Part shown: positions 43,566 to 53,365 of the stretch, piece after piece
Position numbering within the stretch: position 1 is the stretch's first letter
Layout of the letters: the number at the start of each line of letters is the position of its first letter
Assembly: GCA_905236245.1 (NCBI GenBank)
Contig: CAJOPC010000019.1
Coordinates: 1-61,786 of the forward strand
Length of the DNA: 61,786 nucleotides
Direction: 5' to 3'
Origin: an uncultured Alphaproteobacteria bacterium
GTDB taxonomy: Bacteria; Pseudomonadota; Alphaproteobacteria; CAAHEQ01; UBA3637
The notes under the pieces: generated by a model
Seen by the model: only the letters and a program-made list of their open reading frames with translations
What the model was told of the DNA's origin: nothing
Database searches by the model: none
Translations under genes and position numbers: made by a program

Positions 43566-45425
43566 TTATTCTGTTTGATAAACTGAAAATGCTTTTTGAA
43601 TTCCTTCATGATTTATTTTTATACCAAATTGATGCGCATAACTGGCGAGGATGGTTTCATATAATGTTTCAGCGTTTTGTGCGGCTGATTTTTCCACTTG
43701 CTCCGGCAATAAATCTTTATTTATTTTTGGGAAACTGATTTTTTTAACAACATTAACTAAAGCTCCTTCTGGTAAAGAAATGACCGTTGCATTTTCATAA
43801 CCTGGATTTTGAGTAAATACTTGGTTGATAGCTTGTTTTGGTAATGACTTAGAATTTTCCCGCGTAATATTTCTTTCGACTAAAATTTGCCCTAAGCGAG
43901 CAGGGATAGATCCTTTTTTCATTTGATCAACGGCTGTTTTTGTCATGTTGTCCAGTTGATTCTTTTGCTTTTCTGCTTTCCATATTTTCTTGACATCTGA
44001 ACGGACATCTGCAAAATTCTTGGGTTGAACAGGATAAATTGTATTGACTTCTGCGACGAGGTAGCCATCCTTATTTTCAACCAATGAAGTGGCTTCTCCT
44101 TCTTTCAGAACAAATACTTGCTGTAAGAGCTCTTGACTTCTGATATTCTCAGGAAGTTTTGTTCCGGCAATATCAATCCCTCTAAATGTTTGCGCCTGGA
44201 GATTGAGTTTTTTCGCCGCTGCATCTAATGATTGTCCTTCGCCAAGTAAATCTTCCAGCTCTTGGGCTTTATGATACAAGACATCATATGTCTTTTCAGC
44301 AGTCAGCTTTTTGCGTAAGTCTGCATAAATTTTATTTTTGTCTGGAGTTTGGGCGGCTTGGATCTGCTTAACCAATAATAAATGCCAACCAGTCTCTGTT
44401 TCAACTGGGCCTACGATATTTTGTGGGGCTGCTGTAAAAGCGGCTTCTGCTAACTCTGGCAATAAACCATCTTTGGCAACGAATCCAAAATCAGTTTCTT
44501 CGTCTGATTGTCCGTTGTCTTTTGCTGTCGCGACAAAATTTTGCGGAGTGATTGTTTTTAATACAGCTTCGGCTTTTTCTTTTGTAGTGAAGCGCATTTG
44601 GTAAATATGGCGTTTTTCTGGAACAGCATAGGCGGCACTTTGTTCGGCATATATCCCTTGAAGTTCTTCATCAGAAATATGAATGGTTTTTGCAGCCTCC
44701 GATGGAGTTAAGGACAAAATGACAATATCTCTTGTTTCCGGTTGAGCAAATTGATCTAAATAAGCTTCATAATATTCTTTTAATTCAGCTTCCGTTGGTT
44801 GTTCCTGCAAAACAATAGAATCTTGTTCAATTAACAAAGCTTCGATATCCCGTTTCTCATTTTGTTGTTGCCACATAATTTCGGCCAAAGAAGCATTTTT
44901 GGGGGCAACCATCTTCAATGTGTTTATAAGATGTTGTGTTGCTAACTCATCCCGTAATTGTTCAGCAAGAGCGTTTTCCGACAGCTTCATTTGAGTTAAA
45001 TATGTGTAAAAAAGTGCTCTGTCAAATTGTTTGGTGGTTGGATTTTGGAAAAGGGGATGACGTTCGACATATTTGCGCACGGCGGCATCGGAGGTGGCCA
45101 AGTCTAAATCATCGCGAACCTTTTGATTTAACAATCTTTTGGCTTGTGCTTGAATGGCTTGATCCAATAGACCCATTTCAATTGCTTTTTTCGGGGATAT
45201 GTATTGTCCCAACATTTGGCTAATTTTAGCACGATCCATATCAAAAGCTTGAGCTAATTCATGTATAGATAGGCTTTTGTCGCCAACTTCAATAGCTGTT
45301 TGATTTCCTCCGGCTGTATTTGAAAGGCCTCCAAGCCCCCAAAATGCCATCATACTAACGCCTAAAAGCACAAAAATAAACTTTGCAACCCATGTGGTTC
45401 CGATTTTATTAAAAAAACTAATCAT
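43566..45425 (-). CDS. PpiD-like periplasmic chaperone / peptidyl-prolyl isomerase
   Basis: ATG at 45425 with SD AAGGAG. N-terminal anchor MISFFNKIGTTWVAKFIFVLLGVSMMAF, a SurA-N-like region and a parvulin-like ...ETGWHLLLV. Confidence 0.8.
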   Translation of the reverse strand: MISFFNKIGTTWVAKFIFVLLGVSMMAFWGLGGLSNTAGGNQTAIEVGDKSLSIHELAQAFDMDRAKISQMLGQYISPKKAIEMGLLDQAIQAQAKRLLNQKVRDDLDLATSDAAVRKYVERHPLFQNPTTKQFDRALFYTYLTQMKLSENALAEQLRDELATQHLINTLKMVAPKNASLAEIMWQQQNEKRDIEALLIEQDSIVLQEQPTEAELKEYYEAYLDQFAQPETRDIVILSLTPSEAAKTIHISDEELQGIYAEQSAAYAVPEKRHIYQMRFTTKEKAEAVLKTITPQNFVATAKDNGQSDEETDFGFVAKDGLLPELAEAAFTAAPQNIVGPVETETGWHLLLVKQIQAAQTPDKNKIYADLRKKLTAEKTYDVLYHKAQELEDLLGEGQSLDAAAKKLNLQAQTFRGIDIAGTKLPENIRSQELLQQVFVLKEGEATSLVENKDGYLVAEVNTIYPVQPKNFADVRSDVKKIWKAEKQKNQLDNMTKTAVDQMKKGSIPARLGQILVERNITRENSKSLPKQAINQVFTQNPGYENATVISLPEGALVNVVKKISFPKINKDLLPEQVEKSAAQNAETLYETILASYAHQFGIKINHEGIQKAFSVYQTE

Positions 45426-45575
45426 AGCAAACTCCTTTTGATGAAAGTTATACCCCAAAAAAAATTTTAAAGCAAGTTTTATTTTCAAAAAGCCGAAAAA
45501 TTTGGGTAATCAATTTGAGGCGTTGAGATTAGGATCGAGCAGGATATGACGCGAAAGGAGGCTATGAATTGCCAA

Positions 45576-46127
45576 TTAGCCTTGTGTCGTTGATTTTGCA
45601 AGGGTAAAATTTTTAAATCTGCGTTTGCGCCGTATGCGTCGCATAGCTTGATAAAAAGTCCACACACATAGTGCGATATCCATAGTGGCGGATGGGTAGG
45701 CTTGAATATAAAAATCATGAATCATCCATATAGATAAATTGATGATAAGAGAATAACGCATCTGTTGATCATTTTGGGCCAAATACATGCTCAATGTATA
45801 ACCGCTAAATCCAATGATGGGACATAAACCAAAAAAACCGCGATTGTTTGCATATAAGCCAACAGTAATACAAATAATCACCAAAATCAGAGTAATCAAT
45901 TTTGTTAATTTCTTGTTGTAGGCTAAGGAATTTCTGATTAAGCATAGCGTTTCTGTTGTAAAGCTTGAATAGCTAAGTAATACAAAACTGGCTAATAATC
46001 CGAATATAGAATCCCATATTTGCCACCATATTAGATTTCGCTTATTCCTTTTTATTACAGAAACAGCAATACACATCGCACAACAAAAAGATAAGAGATT
46101 GCCAATAAGCAAATAATGTGGAATCAT
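45576..46127 (-). CDS. polytopic inner-membrane protein (YgjV-like size and layout, unverified)
   Basis: 183 aa with about six hydrophobic helices. Confidence 0.45.
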   Translation of the reverse strand: MIPHYLLIGNLLSFCCAMCIAVSVIKRNKRNLIWWQIWDSIFGLLASFVLLSYSSFTTETLCLIRNSLAYNKKLTKLITLILVIICITVGLYANNRGFFGLCPIIGFSGYTLSMYLAQNDQQMRYSLIINLSIWMIHDFYIQAYPSATMDIALCVWTFYQAMRRIRRKRRFKNFTLAKSTTQG

Positions 46128-46277
46128 AGAGGTGTTCTCCTTGAGGAATAAGATTATATGAAAAAGATAGGAATGTAAAGAATTTTTCTGTTTTTAGTAT
46201 GAATTAAATTTATGTTGCAATGCGTTTTGAAATAGATACAATAAAGTATTAGTGATAATGAAAGATAAGGACATAAA

Positions 46278-47306
46278 ATGGTATATACATATGCATCTTC
46301 GTATATCAGCGGTTTTGAGAAGCCCATCAAGACGGTTTTAAAAGAGCGAGTTAAAGATGTTGTTATTATCAAGCATTTTGATGGATTAGTTATTTATAAA
46401 ACAAGTCTTGAATTTACTAAGTTGCAATTGCCGTGTTTTAATAACACTTATCAGGTTTTGGATATGGCAGAAAGTAGTCATGGGCTTCCTTATGAAGTAG
46501 CATTAAAAAAATTTGTCAAGCAGAGCAAATTAGATTTTTCCGGCATTTTGAAAAATATTGCCCCTTTAAAAGGGAAATCCTTTAAAATTTTGCCTTTTGA
46601 TGGTAATTCGCCCACAGGCATTAATTTTGATCTTGTTAGTAATTTAGAAGAGCAAATTAAGCGTAATTTGAACCTTAAAATTGATTTTAGACGGCATGAT
46701 TTTGATGTTATTTTATCAAGACGCAGTGAAGGATTCTTTTTTGTGTTATTTAAATTAACCTATAACAGAATGGGCGAAAAAGATTTGAAAAAAGGGGAGT
46801 TGCGTCCCGAGCTATGTCATATTTTAGCAAGGATTTCTGATATAAAACCCAATGATATTCTTATAGATCCATTTTGTGGTCACGGATCTATTCCAAAAGA
46901 AATCGTTAGAAATTTCAATTATAATATGTTGTTCGCGAGTGATATAGATAAAGATTTAATAAATAAATTAAAATTGGAATTTAAGAAAAATAAGAAAAAT
47001 CTTTTTATTAAACAAAGGGATGCATTAAATTTAGAATATTTTGAAGATGGCTTTTTCGATAAAATAACAACTGATCCACCTTGGAATTTATATAATGCTC
47101 AAGTGGGAGATTTTTCCTTATTTTATAAGAAAATGTTAAAAGAATTTTATAGAGTTCTAAAATCCCAAGGAATTTGTGTTATTTTAATGGGAAATATAGA
47201 AAATTTCGAGCAAGCATTAGATGACAACATGTTCAAGTTGTTGGAAAAATACCATACCCTTGTTAATGGGAAAAAGGCAAATGTCTATAAACTGATTAAG
47301 GTTTAA
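46278..47306 (+). CDS. SAM-dependent methyltransferase (UPF0020/THUMP-associated, DPPW type)
   Basis: Motif I DPFCGHGSIPKE and motif IV ITTDPPWNLY. Confidence 0.7.
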   Translation: MVYTYASSYISGFEKPIKTVLKERVKDVVIIKHFDGLVIYKTSLEFTKLQLPCFNNTYQVLDMAESSHGLPYEVALKKFVKQSKLDFSGILKNIAPLKGKSFKILPFDGNSPTGINFDLVSNLEEQIKRNLNLKIDFRRHDFDVILSRRSEGFFFVLFKLTYNRMGEKDLKKGELRPELCHILARISDIKPNDILIDPFCGHGSIPKEIVRNFNYNMLFASDIDKDLINKLKLEFKKNKKNLFIKQRDALNLEYFEDGFFDKITTDPPWNLYNAQVGDFSLFYKKMLKEFYRVLKSQGICVILMGNIENFEQALDDNMFKLLEKYHTLVNGKKANVYKLIKV

Positions 47307-47349
47307 TTGCCTTGAAAAACAAGTTTATGAATTCTAAGAATGTGAGCGC

Positions 47350-48699
47350 TTATTTTTTTCTTCGAACGTCAATGACTTGTCCAGTTAAATTGGAAAGCAG
47401 AGCTTTTAAGGTGGAATCAGCGACGATTTCTGGTTGTAAAAGACTTCCTTCTGGCTCCTTTCCAAAGGCGGCAAACCGCATCGGTGTAGCTGTTCTTTCC
47501 GGGCTCATCACATTGAGACGAATATTGTCTGCATAAAGTTCCTCTGCTAAAGCTTGCGTTAAATTGACAATTCCAGCTTTTGTGGAAGAATAAGTTGAGT
47601 ACAAAGCTCGGCCGCGCGTATACGAGCTAGACGCAAATAAAGCGATGCTTCCTTTGCTTTCCTTTAAATAAGAAATGCTTGCTTTGCAAACATGAATAGA
47701 TCCCATGTAATTAATATCTATTTCTTTGTGAATATCTTCTATTTTTCTATCCAATAATTTCCCGATTTTTAATAAACCGGCTGAATTGACCACGTAATCA
47801 ATGCGTTTAGTTTTTTCATAAACCTCTTCTAAAGCTTTCTGAACCGAATTGTAGTCGGATACATCATAGCCATTTTCCAATCCAAAAGGAAAAACTTTGG
47901 CTCGGTGCTTTTCTGCCAAATCAACAATACATTGGCCAATTCCACTGAAACCGCCAAAAGCAACAATAACTTTATCCTTTAAATTATTTAAGTCAATAGT
48001 TTCTGGAACGCTGATACTATGAATCTGAAATAATTTATCTGCTAAAAAAATATCTTCTGGATAAGTAATTTTAATATTATCATTTTCTCCTTCTACAACA
48101 TAAACTTTTCCCAGGTTATATTTAATTACAAGGCCACAGTCATCCGTAAAATTATCATCTTTTTGAGCTAATTCATGAGCTTTTTTAATTATGGACAATT
48201 TAAAACATTGCGGAGTTTGCCCCCTTTGCATATGAATTCGTTCGGGGATGTTTTGAATAATTTTCTCATCGTTTATTTGAATAATGGTATCCGCAGATTG
48301 AATGGCAACATCAATTGCATCGTATTTTTGAAGGGCATCAACACAATCTGAGATAATACGTTGGGACAAAAAGGGGCGGGCACAATCATGAATAATTACA
48401 TTTGCTTCTTTTTCTGAAATAGAAAAAATACCAATAGAAGAGCTTTCTTTACGAGTAGCCCCGCCATTCAATATTTTTGTGACTTTTTTATAACTGTTCT
48501 TCAATAAAATTTCTTCTAAAACATAGCGGTATTCTGGAGAAATAACAATTATTGTTTCATCAATTTGAGAGGCATTTTCGAAAATCTCTATTGTGTGTTC
48601 CAGAACTGTTTTTCCGGCTATTTTAATGAATTGTTTGGGTGTTTCAGAACCAAAACGTACGCCACTTCCAGATGCCAAAATAATTGCATAATTTTTCAT
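47350..48699 (-). CDS. bifunctional cytidylyltransferase/SDR reductase (Bcs1/TarIJ-like CDP-ribitol synthase)
   Basis: N-terminal IspD-like AIILASGSGVRFG. The C-terminal SDR carries AFGGFSGIGQ and YSSTKAGIV (YxxxK). Confidence 0.75.
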   Translation of the reverse strand: MKNYAIILASGSGVRFGSETPKQFIKIAGKTVLEHTIEIFENASQIDETIIVISPEYRYVLEEILLKNSYKKVTKILNGGATRKESSSIGIFSISEKEANVIIHDCARPFLSQRIISDCVDALQKYDAIDVAIQSADTIIQINDEKIIQNIPERIHMQRGQTPQCFKLSIIKKAHELAQKDDNFTDDCGLVIKYNLGKVYVVEGENDNIKITYPEDIFLADKLFQIHSISVPETIDLNNLKDKVIVAFGGFSGIGQCIVDLAEKHRAKVFPFGLENGYDVSDYNSVQKALEEVYEKTKRIDYVVNSAGLLKIGKLLDRKIEDIHKEIDINYMGSIHVCKASISYLKESKGSIALFASSSYTRGRALYSTYSSTKAGIVNLTQALAEELYADNIRLNVMSPERTATPMRFAAFGKEPEGSLLQPEIVADSTLKALLSNLTGQVIDVRRKK

Positions 48700-48714
48700 T
48701 TTATTACCTTTCTT

Positions 48715-48780
48715 TTAGATATGATGAGGCCTAAAATGCCTAGCGTTTTTTATGAGTATGTGCGCAGCTTGATAGACCAT
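48715..48780 (-). promoter_or_regulatory. 21-aa upstream ORF ahead of the Bcs1-like gene
   Basis: SD TAAGGAG 5 nt before an ATG encoding MVYQAAHILIKNARHFRPHHI. Its stop lies 15 nt before the main ATG. Confidence 0.3.
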
Positions 48781-48806
48781 AAAATCTCCTTAACTTAAGC
48801 ACCTGC

Positions 48807-48835
48807 ATTATACCATTAAAAAATTCTTCAATCAA
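48807..48835 (-). promoter_or_regulatory. sigma70-type promoter with extended -10
   Basis: The minus strand reads TTGATT-17 nt-TATAAT, preceded by TGg. Confidence 0.5.
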
Positions 48836-48900
48836 GAAGAAAATATTTTATGGACTTTTCCTAATTTTGCTTGCATTTTACTGTTCAATATTCAAATGTG

Positions 48901-49368
48901 TTATTTTCTTTTAATTTGTATTTTTATACGCTGTTCAAAAGGTTCAAATCCGTATTTTTCATAAAACTTACAGGCACTCACATTTTTATTAAAAACACCT
49001 AACCGAACTTCATCAATTTTACGTTCTTTACATAAGACAAAAAGTGCGTCCATAAGTTTTTTCCCAATACCTTTGCTGCGCATTTCCTTTATGACGCCAA
49101 AATTCGAGATGTGTACAACATTGGGCCCTTCCAAAAAGGGCGCAAATTTTTGTTCAGCAAGCAGATATCCACAAATCTTATCATTGTCTTCTGCAATCAA
49201 AGCTATTACCTTATCATCATTTAGAGATTTGATAAAACCAATTTGTTCTAAGGCATCGTCTTGTTCGGTAAAATAGCCATCCAGGATGTCAATATGATAT
49301 TGTCGGATTTCCCGACATAATTGTAAAACTTGAGGTAAATCTTTTTTCTTAAATTGACGTATGATCAT
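48901..49368 (-). CDS. GNAT family N-acetyltransferase
   Basis: ATG at 49368 (MIIRQFKKKD...). Motif A IKEMRSKGIGKKLM. Confidence 0.8.
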   Translation of the reverse strand: MIIRQFKKKDLPQVLQLCREIRQYHIDILDGYFTEQDDALEQIGFIKSLNDDKVIALIAEDNDKICGYLLAEQKFAPFLEGPNVVHISNFGVIKEMRSKGIGKKLMDALFVLCKERKIDEVRLGVFNKNVSACKFYEKYGFEPFEQRIKIQIKRK

Positions 49369-49665
49369 GGTTTTCCCTAAATGCTTATAACTTTCGCTTA
49401 TAGTAGCAAAAATAAAATAAAGCTGCAACAATTTTTATTTATGGCATTAATTCATCAGCGAAAAAGATAAAGACTTGATTTTACTTTTCGATTGCGTTAA
49501 ACCGATATGCTATATTGGAAGGCATGTTTTGCTTTTGTGTAACCATAAAACTCTGTTACTGAATCAGATATGATATTGGATTAGTTTAACTCGAAGTCGA
49601 TAGCTAAATATAGTTTGATAATTTTATATTTCCTACTATTGAACTTAATCAAATTCTGATAAAAA

Positions 49666-49853
49666 TGCAAAAACTCTGGGATTGGAATTTCAGACTCCTG
49701 AAGATCCTATATTGATTTTAAATGGAAATTTGTGAAAATAGTTCGTAAATTTGAAAAATTGGCTGTTTTTGGAAAGTGAATTTGCGAATTCGCGCAAGCG
49801 CTTATAAGCAAAAGAAAAAACGCCAACAAATGGCGTTTTACATTTAATGGCGA
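49666..49853. repeat. copy A of a diverged ~175-190-bp direct repeat (ends in the last 6 nt of tRNA-Glu)
   Basis: 49680-49853 aligns without gaps to 50769-50942 at an offset of 1089 nt. The shared sequence includes the hairpin AACGCCA-acaaa-TGGCGTT and ends in TGGCGA. Confidence 0.8.
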
Positions 49854-49947
49854 GGCGAGGTGTGCAATTCACGAAGAAAAATTAAAGGTTGTAAAAAAAT
49901 ATTTACTATGTTAAATTGTCCTTATAGAATAATTTAAGGAGTTGAAA

Positions 49948-50670
49948 ATGAAAAAAATATTGGTGGTCTTTTTAATGGGCATTTTCGCAGCATGTAATGT
50001 ATATGCCGCGAATCCAAAAGAACTTCATGAAAAGTATTTAAAATTCTTAGATAATCGTAAAAATGCTAAGGTTTCTGTTCCTAACCAACATGTATTTGAT
50101 GGTATGAAACAATACGATAAAAAAGATGTTAAGTTTTCTAAAGATGGTTCAATTGCTTACGATTTAAAGGGAAATTTGCTAACTGGGGTAGTTGTTATTA
50201 ATCCGATGAGGCCTCAAATGAAAAAGTCATTTAAAAATGGTAAGGCTGAGGGACCGGCATTCTGGCAGAATGGAAATCATATTATCTTCACAGATATGAA
50301 GCATAATTTTTCAAAAGGGAAACAAATATTGCTTCAAGAATTTTTAGAAAATCGTTTAATCAAAGAAAGTGTCATAACTGATGCATATACATATAGCAGA
50401 CAATATCAATCTTCTGGTGTATTGCACTGGGAAATAATTAGCAATAAGAATGCGGAAATTATTATGAGAGGGTATGATAAGAATGGGAAAAAACGTATAG
50501 AGATAGACACATTTGTTCCCTCTGCTATCTGTATTTTATCAGATGGAAGTCAGCGTAATGCAAAGCCAGAAGAAGTAGAAAGATTTTTGGATTTGCAAGA
50601 AAAATCTGCAGCTAATCTATTAGAAGGCAAAAACTCTGATGAAGGAATTGACTTTGCTTGCCAGGAGTAG
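49948..50670 (+). CDS. secreted hypothetical protein (possible MORN-variant repeats)
   Basis: SD TAAGGAG before the ATG at 49948. Signal peptide MKKILVVFLMGIFAACNVYA. FKNGKAEGPAFWQNGN-type motifs. Confidence 0.6.
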   Translation: MKKILVVFLMGIFAACNVYAANPKELHEKYLKFLDNRKNAKVSVPNQHVFDGMKQYDKKDVKFSKDGSIAYDLKGNLLTGVVVINPMRPQMKKSFKNGKAEGPAFWQNGNHIIFTDMKHNFSKGKQILLQEFLENRLIKESVITDAYTYSRQYQSSGVLHWEIISNKNAEIIMRGYDKNGKKRIEIDTFVPSAICILSDGSQRNAKPEEVERFLDLQEKSAANLLEGKNSDEGIDFACQE

Positions 50671-50755
50671 TTTAAAGATTTCAGGCTAGTTCTAGTGAAT
50701 AGAAAATATCTTGTTTTTTTTACGTTTTTGCTATCTTTGAAGCTTAAAAAGTAAT

Positions 50756-50942
50756 TGCAAATTTCTGAGATTGGAATTTGAGGCTCCCGGAATGCCTCTA
50801 TTGATTTCAAAGGAAAATTTGCGGAATTGGTTCGTAAATTTGAAAAAATGGTTGTTTTTGACAGTTGTACATTCGAACCCGCACAAGCGCTTGGTAATAA
50901 AAGAAAAAACGCCAACAAATGGCGTTTTACATATGATGGCGA
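50756..50942. repeat. copy B of the direct repeat, continuing into an intact tRNA-Glu
   Basis: See copy A. Confidence 0.8.
50901..50928 (-). terminator. terminator downstream of tRNA-Glu(TTC)
   Basis: AACGCCA/TGGCGTT hairpin, followed on the minus strand by TTTTTT. Confidence 0.6.
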
Positions 50943-51012
50943 CCCCAGCGAGATTCGAACTCGCGTTACCGCCGTGAAAGGGCGATGTCCTAGGCCTCTA
51001 GACGATGGGGTC
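50937..51012 (-). tRNA. tRNA-Glu (TTC)
   Basis: Acceptor stem GACCCCA/TGGGGTC, discriminator G, CCA. Anticodon loop CTTTCAC. T-arm GCGAG-TTCGAAT-CTCGC. Confidence 0.9.
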
Positions 51013-51034
51013 AATTTGACAAAGAACAATGTCC

Positions 51035-51062
51035 ATTATACACGAAAAAAACTTTTTTGCAA
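51035..51062 (-). promoter_or_regulatory. tRNA-Glu promoter (identical block to 19524-19558)
   Basis: The minus strand reads TTGCAA-16 nt-TATAAT. Confidence 0.55.
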
Positions 51063-51148
51063 GTATTTTTTTCTGATCTTAGTAGATTTTTTTTGAAAAA
51101 AAGGCTTGACCGAATATATATAAATAGACTAAAATACCACCAAGGGAG

Positions 51149-53365
51149 ATGAGTATGGTGCAGCAGGTGAAAGAAATTTCTGTGCCTCACTTGATGGGGG
51201 AGCTTCGAGCTTTGATGGCAAAAGATATTGTGCCACGGCGTCGAATTGTTTCTTTTTTAAGCCTATTGTGTGAAGAGTTAAATATGCCGACGGCCACTTT
51301 ATATTTGATGCGGCCCGGAGACGTGTTAGAAAGAGCTTTTTTGGTTGGTCAAAACATAAAGTTGCCTGAGTTTGTTCGTATCGGTGAGGGGCATGTTGGA
51401 TTGGCAGCGTTGCAGCGAAATCCCTTTTTTGTAGAGAATGCTACTGGATATAAGACTTTTGTAGTGATTCCATTGATTCGTGGCAGTCAGGTCGTCGGTG
51501 TTTTAAGCTTAATTTCACGCAAAGTTCAACACTTTAAAGATGAAGAAAAAGAGGCAATTGAAAATGTGGCGATGGTTTTGGCCGAATTTTTGATGGTGAT
51601 TACCTCTGAACAAAAAGATAAAACATTGCCGGATCTTAGGCAATCTCAAATTTTTGAAGGGAACGGTTTAATTGCTGGCTTTGCAGTAGGTGAAGTTTTG
51701 CAACATCAACGATTTGAACAAAATGCACCTATTTTTGCAACAAGTGCTAAGAAGGAAAAACGACGCTTGGACATGGCATTTGTTCGTGTCCAGAAAATGA
51801 TCAAACGGCGTTTGAACAGAGGCGGGGTTCCAGCCGAAGAAAGAGAAATTTTTGAAACCTACTGGTTGTTTTTAAATGATGCTGATTGGTGGCATCGCGT
51901 TGAGCTAGCCATTGATACAGGACTTACCGCAGAGGCTGCTTTACAAAAGATAGTAGATGAGACTGTGGAAAAAATGCGTTTAATTGTTGACCCGTATTTA
52001 AGAGAGAAAACGCGAGATTTCCAGGATTTGGCAGGTAGTTTAATGCGTGCTTTGTCCCCTAAAAAACGGGCGGCAAAGTTGGTCGGATCTAAGATTTTAG
52101 TGGCTGATAGTTTAGGCGCGGCAGAATTGTTGGATTACGATTTAAAGCATATTAAAGGTATTGTTTTGGAGGATAGCTCCCAAACCAGCCATGTTGTTAT
52201 TGTTGCACGGGCTTGTGCTATTCCATTGATCGGCGGTATTAAGGATGCAAGACGACAATTAGATGAGGGGACTCAATTAGCCATAGATGCAACTTGTGGT
52301 AAAGTTTATGTTCGTCCATCAGATGAAGTTTTAGATGAATTAAAATTACGCAAACAAGCGCGTCATAGATGGCAACAGATTTATGCGCGTAATTTAGATC
52401 GTGCGGCCGTTACCAAAGATAAAGTCAATATATCATTGATGTTGAATTTGGGTGTGAATTTGATGGGAAGTCAATTAAAATTGCCTCCAAGTGATGGAGT
52501 GGGTCTTTATCGAACGGAATTATTGTTTATGACTTCTAAATCTTTACCAGATGTGCGAACCCAAACAGAGGCTTATCGTCGTGTTTTGATGTTAGCTAAA
52601 AAGAAAAAAGTTATTTTTAGAACTCTTGATATTGGTTCGGACAAGGTGTTGCCATATTTTAATGCACAAACAGAGGAAAATCCTGCCATGGGTTGGCGGT
52701 CGATTAGAATGACCTTAGATCGGCGTTCGCTGTTAAGAACGCAATTGCGTGCACTAATTCGGGCGACGGCTGGGCAAGAATTGTATGTGATGTTTCCTAT
52801 GATAACAGATGTTTCTGAGTTCGTTGAGGCAAAGAAAACGCTGATGATGGAGTTAAAAAGCGCTCAGAATCGTCGAGAGAAGTTGCCTTTAAAGGTATTC
52901 GTTGGAACGATGCTTGAAGTTCCTTCTTTGATTTTCCAATTGGATGTTTTACTGCCTTTGGTTGATTTCGTTTCAATTGGAACAAACGATTTTGGACAAT
53001 TTATGTTTGCAGCGGATCGCACTAATGGCATTATTGCCCGGCGTTATGATGTGTTATCTCCGGCCTTTTTGAAGGCTATACATATGGTTGTTCAATCTTG
53101 TGCCGAATACAAAGTGCCATGCTCGGTTTGCGGTGAGATGGCTGCAAATCCATTAGAGGCAATCGTTTTATTAGGGCTTGGTGTGCGTGCTTTGTCAATG
53201 AACACAGATGCCCTAGGGGCGGTTAAAACAGCAATTAGGAGCCTAAATTTATCATCTTTCTCAAGTTATTTAAATGCTGAACTTCAAACTGTGCGCCCCT
53301 CTTTGCGCGAGACTGTTTCCTCATATTTAAGAGATCATAATGTACAAATGGAGGCTTCGTTATGA
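51149..53365 (+). CDS. ptsP: GAF-domain phosphoenolpyruvate-protein phosphotransferase (EI-Ntr)
   Basis: N-terminal GAF domain, then GLYRTELLFM, GTNDFGQFMFAADR and CGEMAANP. The real start may be the second ATG at 51155, which is better spaced from GGGAG. Confidence 0.9.
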   Translation: MSMVQQVKEISVPHLMGELRALMAKDIVPRRRIVSFLSLLCEELNMPTATLYLMRPGDVLERAFLVGQNIKLPEFVRIGEGHVGLAALQRNPFFVENATGYKTFVVIPLIRGSQVVGVLSLISRKVQHFKDEEKEAIENVAMVLAEFLMVITSEQKDKTLPDLRQSQIFEGNGLIAGFAVGEVLQHQRFEQNAPIFATSAKKEKRRLDMAFVRVQKMIKRRLNRGGVPAEEREIFETYWLFLNDADWWHRVELAIDTGLTAEAALQKIVDETVEKMRLIVDPYLREKTRDFQDLAGSLMRALSPKKRAAKLVGSKILVADSLGAAELLDYDLKHIKGIVLEDSSQTSHVVIVARACAIPLIGGIKDARRQLDEGTQLAIDATCGKVYVRPSDEVLDELKLRKQARHRWQQIYARNLDRAAVTKDKVNISLMLNLGVNLMGSQLKLPPSDGVGLYRTELLFMTSKSLPDVRTQTEAYRRVLMLAKKKKVIFRTLDIGSDKVLPYFNAQTEENPAMGWRSIRMTLDRRSLLRTQLRALIRATAGQELYVMFPMITDVSEFVEAKKTLMMELKSAQNRREKLPLKVFVGTMLEVPSLIFQLDVLLPLVDFVSIGTNDFGQFMFAADRTNGIIARRYDVLSPAFLKAIHMVVQSCAEYKVPCSVCGEMAANPLEAIVLLGLGVRALSMNTDALGAVKTAIRSLNLSSFSSYLNAELQTVRPSLRETVSSYLRDHNVQMEASL

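Noticed and set aside
47312-47536. 74-aa plus-strand ORF after the methyltransferase gene.
   Set aside because: It lies antisense to the conserved SDR C-terminus of the Bcs1-like gene and has no SD.
50865-50885. GGTTCGAAT on the minus strand of repeat copy B looked like a tRNA T-loop remnant.
   Set aside because: The flanking bases cannot form a 5-bp T-stem, and copy A has a different sequence (GCGAATTCGC) at that position.
50550-51029. 159-aa minus-strand ORF, plus the 50771-50977 and 50827-51096 plus-strand ORFs.
   Set aside because: They read through tRNA-Glu(TTC), its terminator and the direct repeat. This is non-coding DNA.
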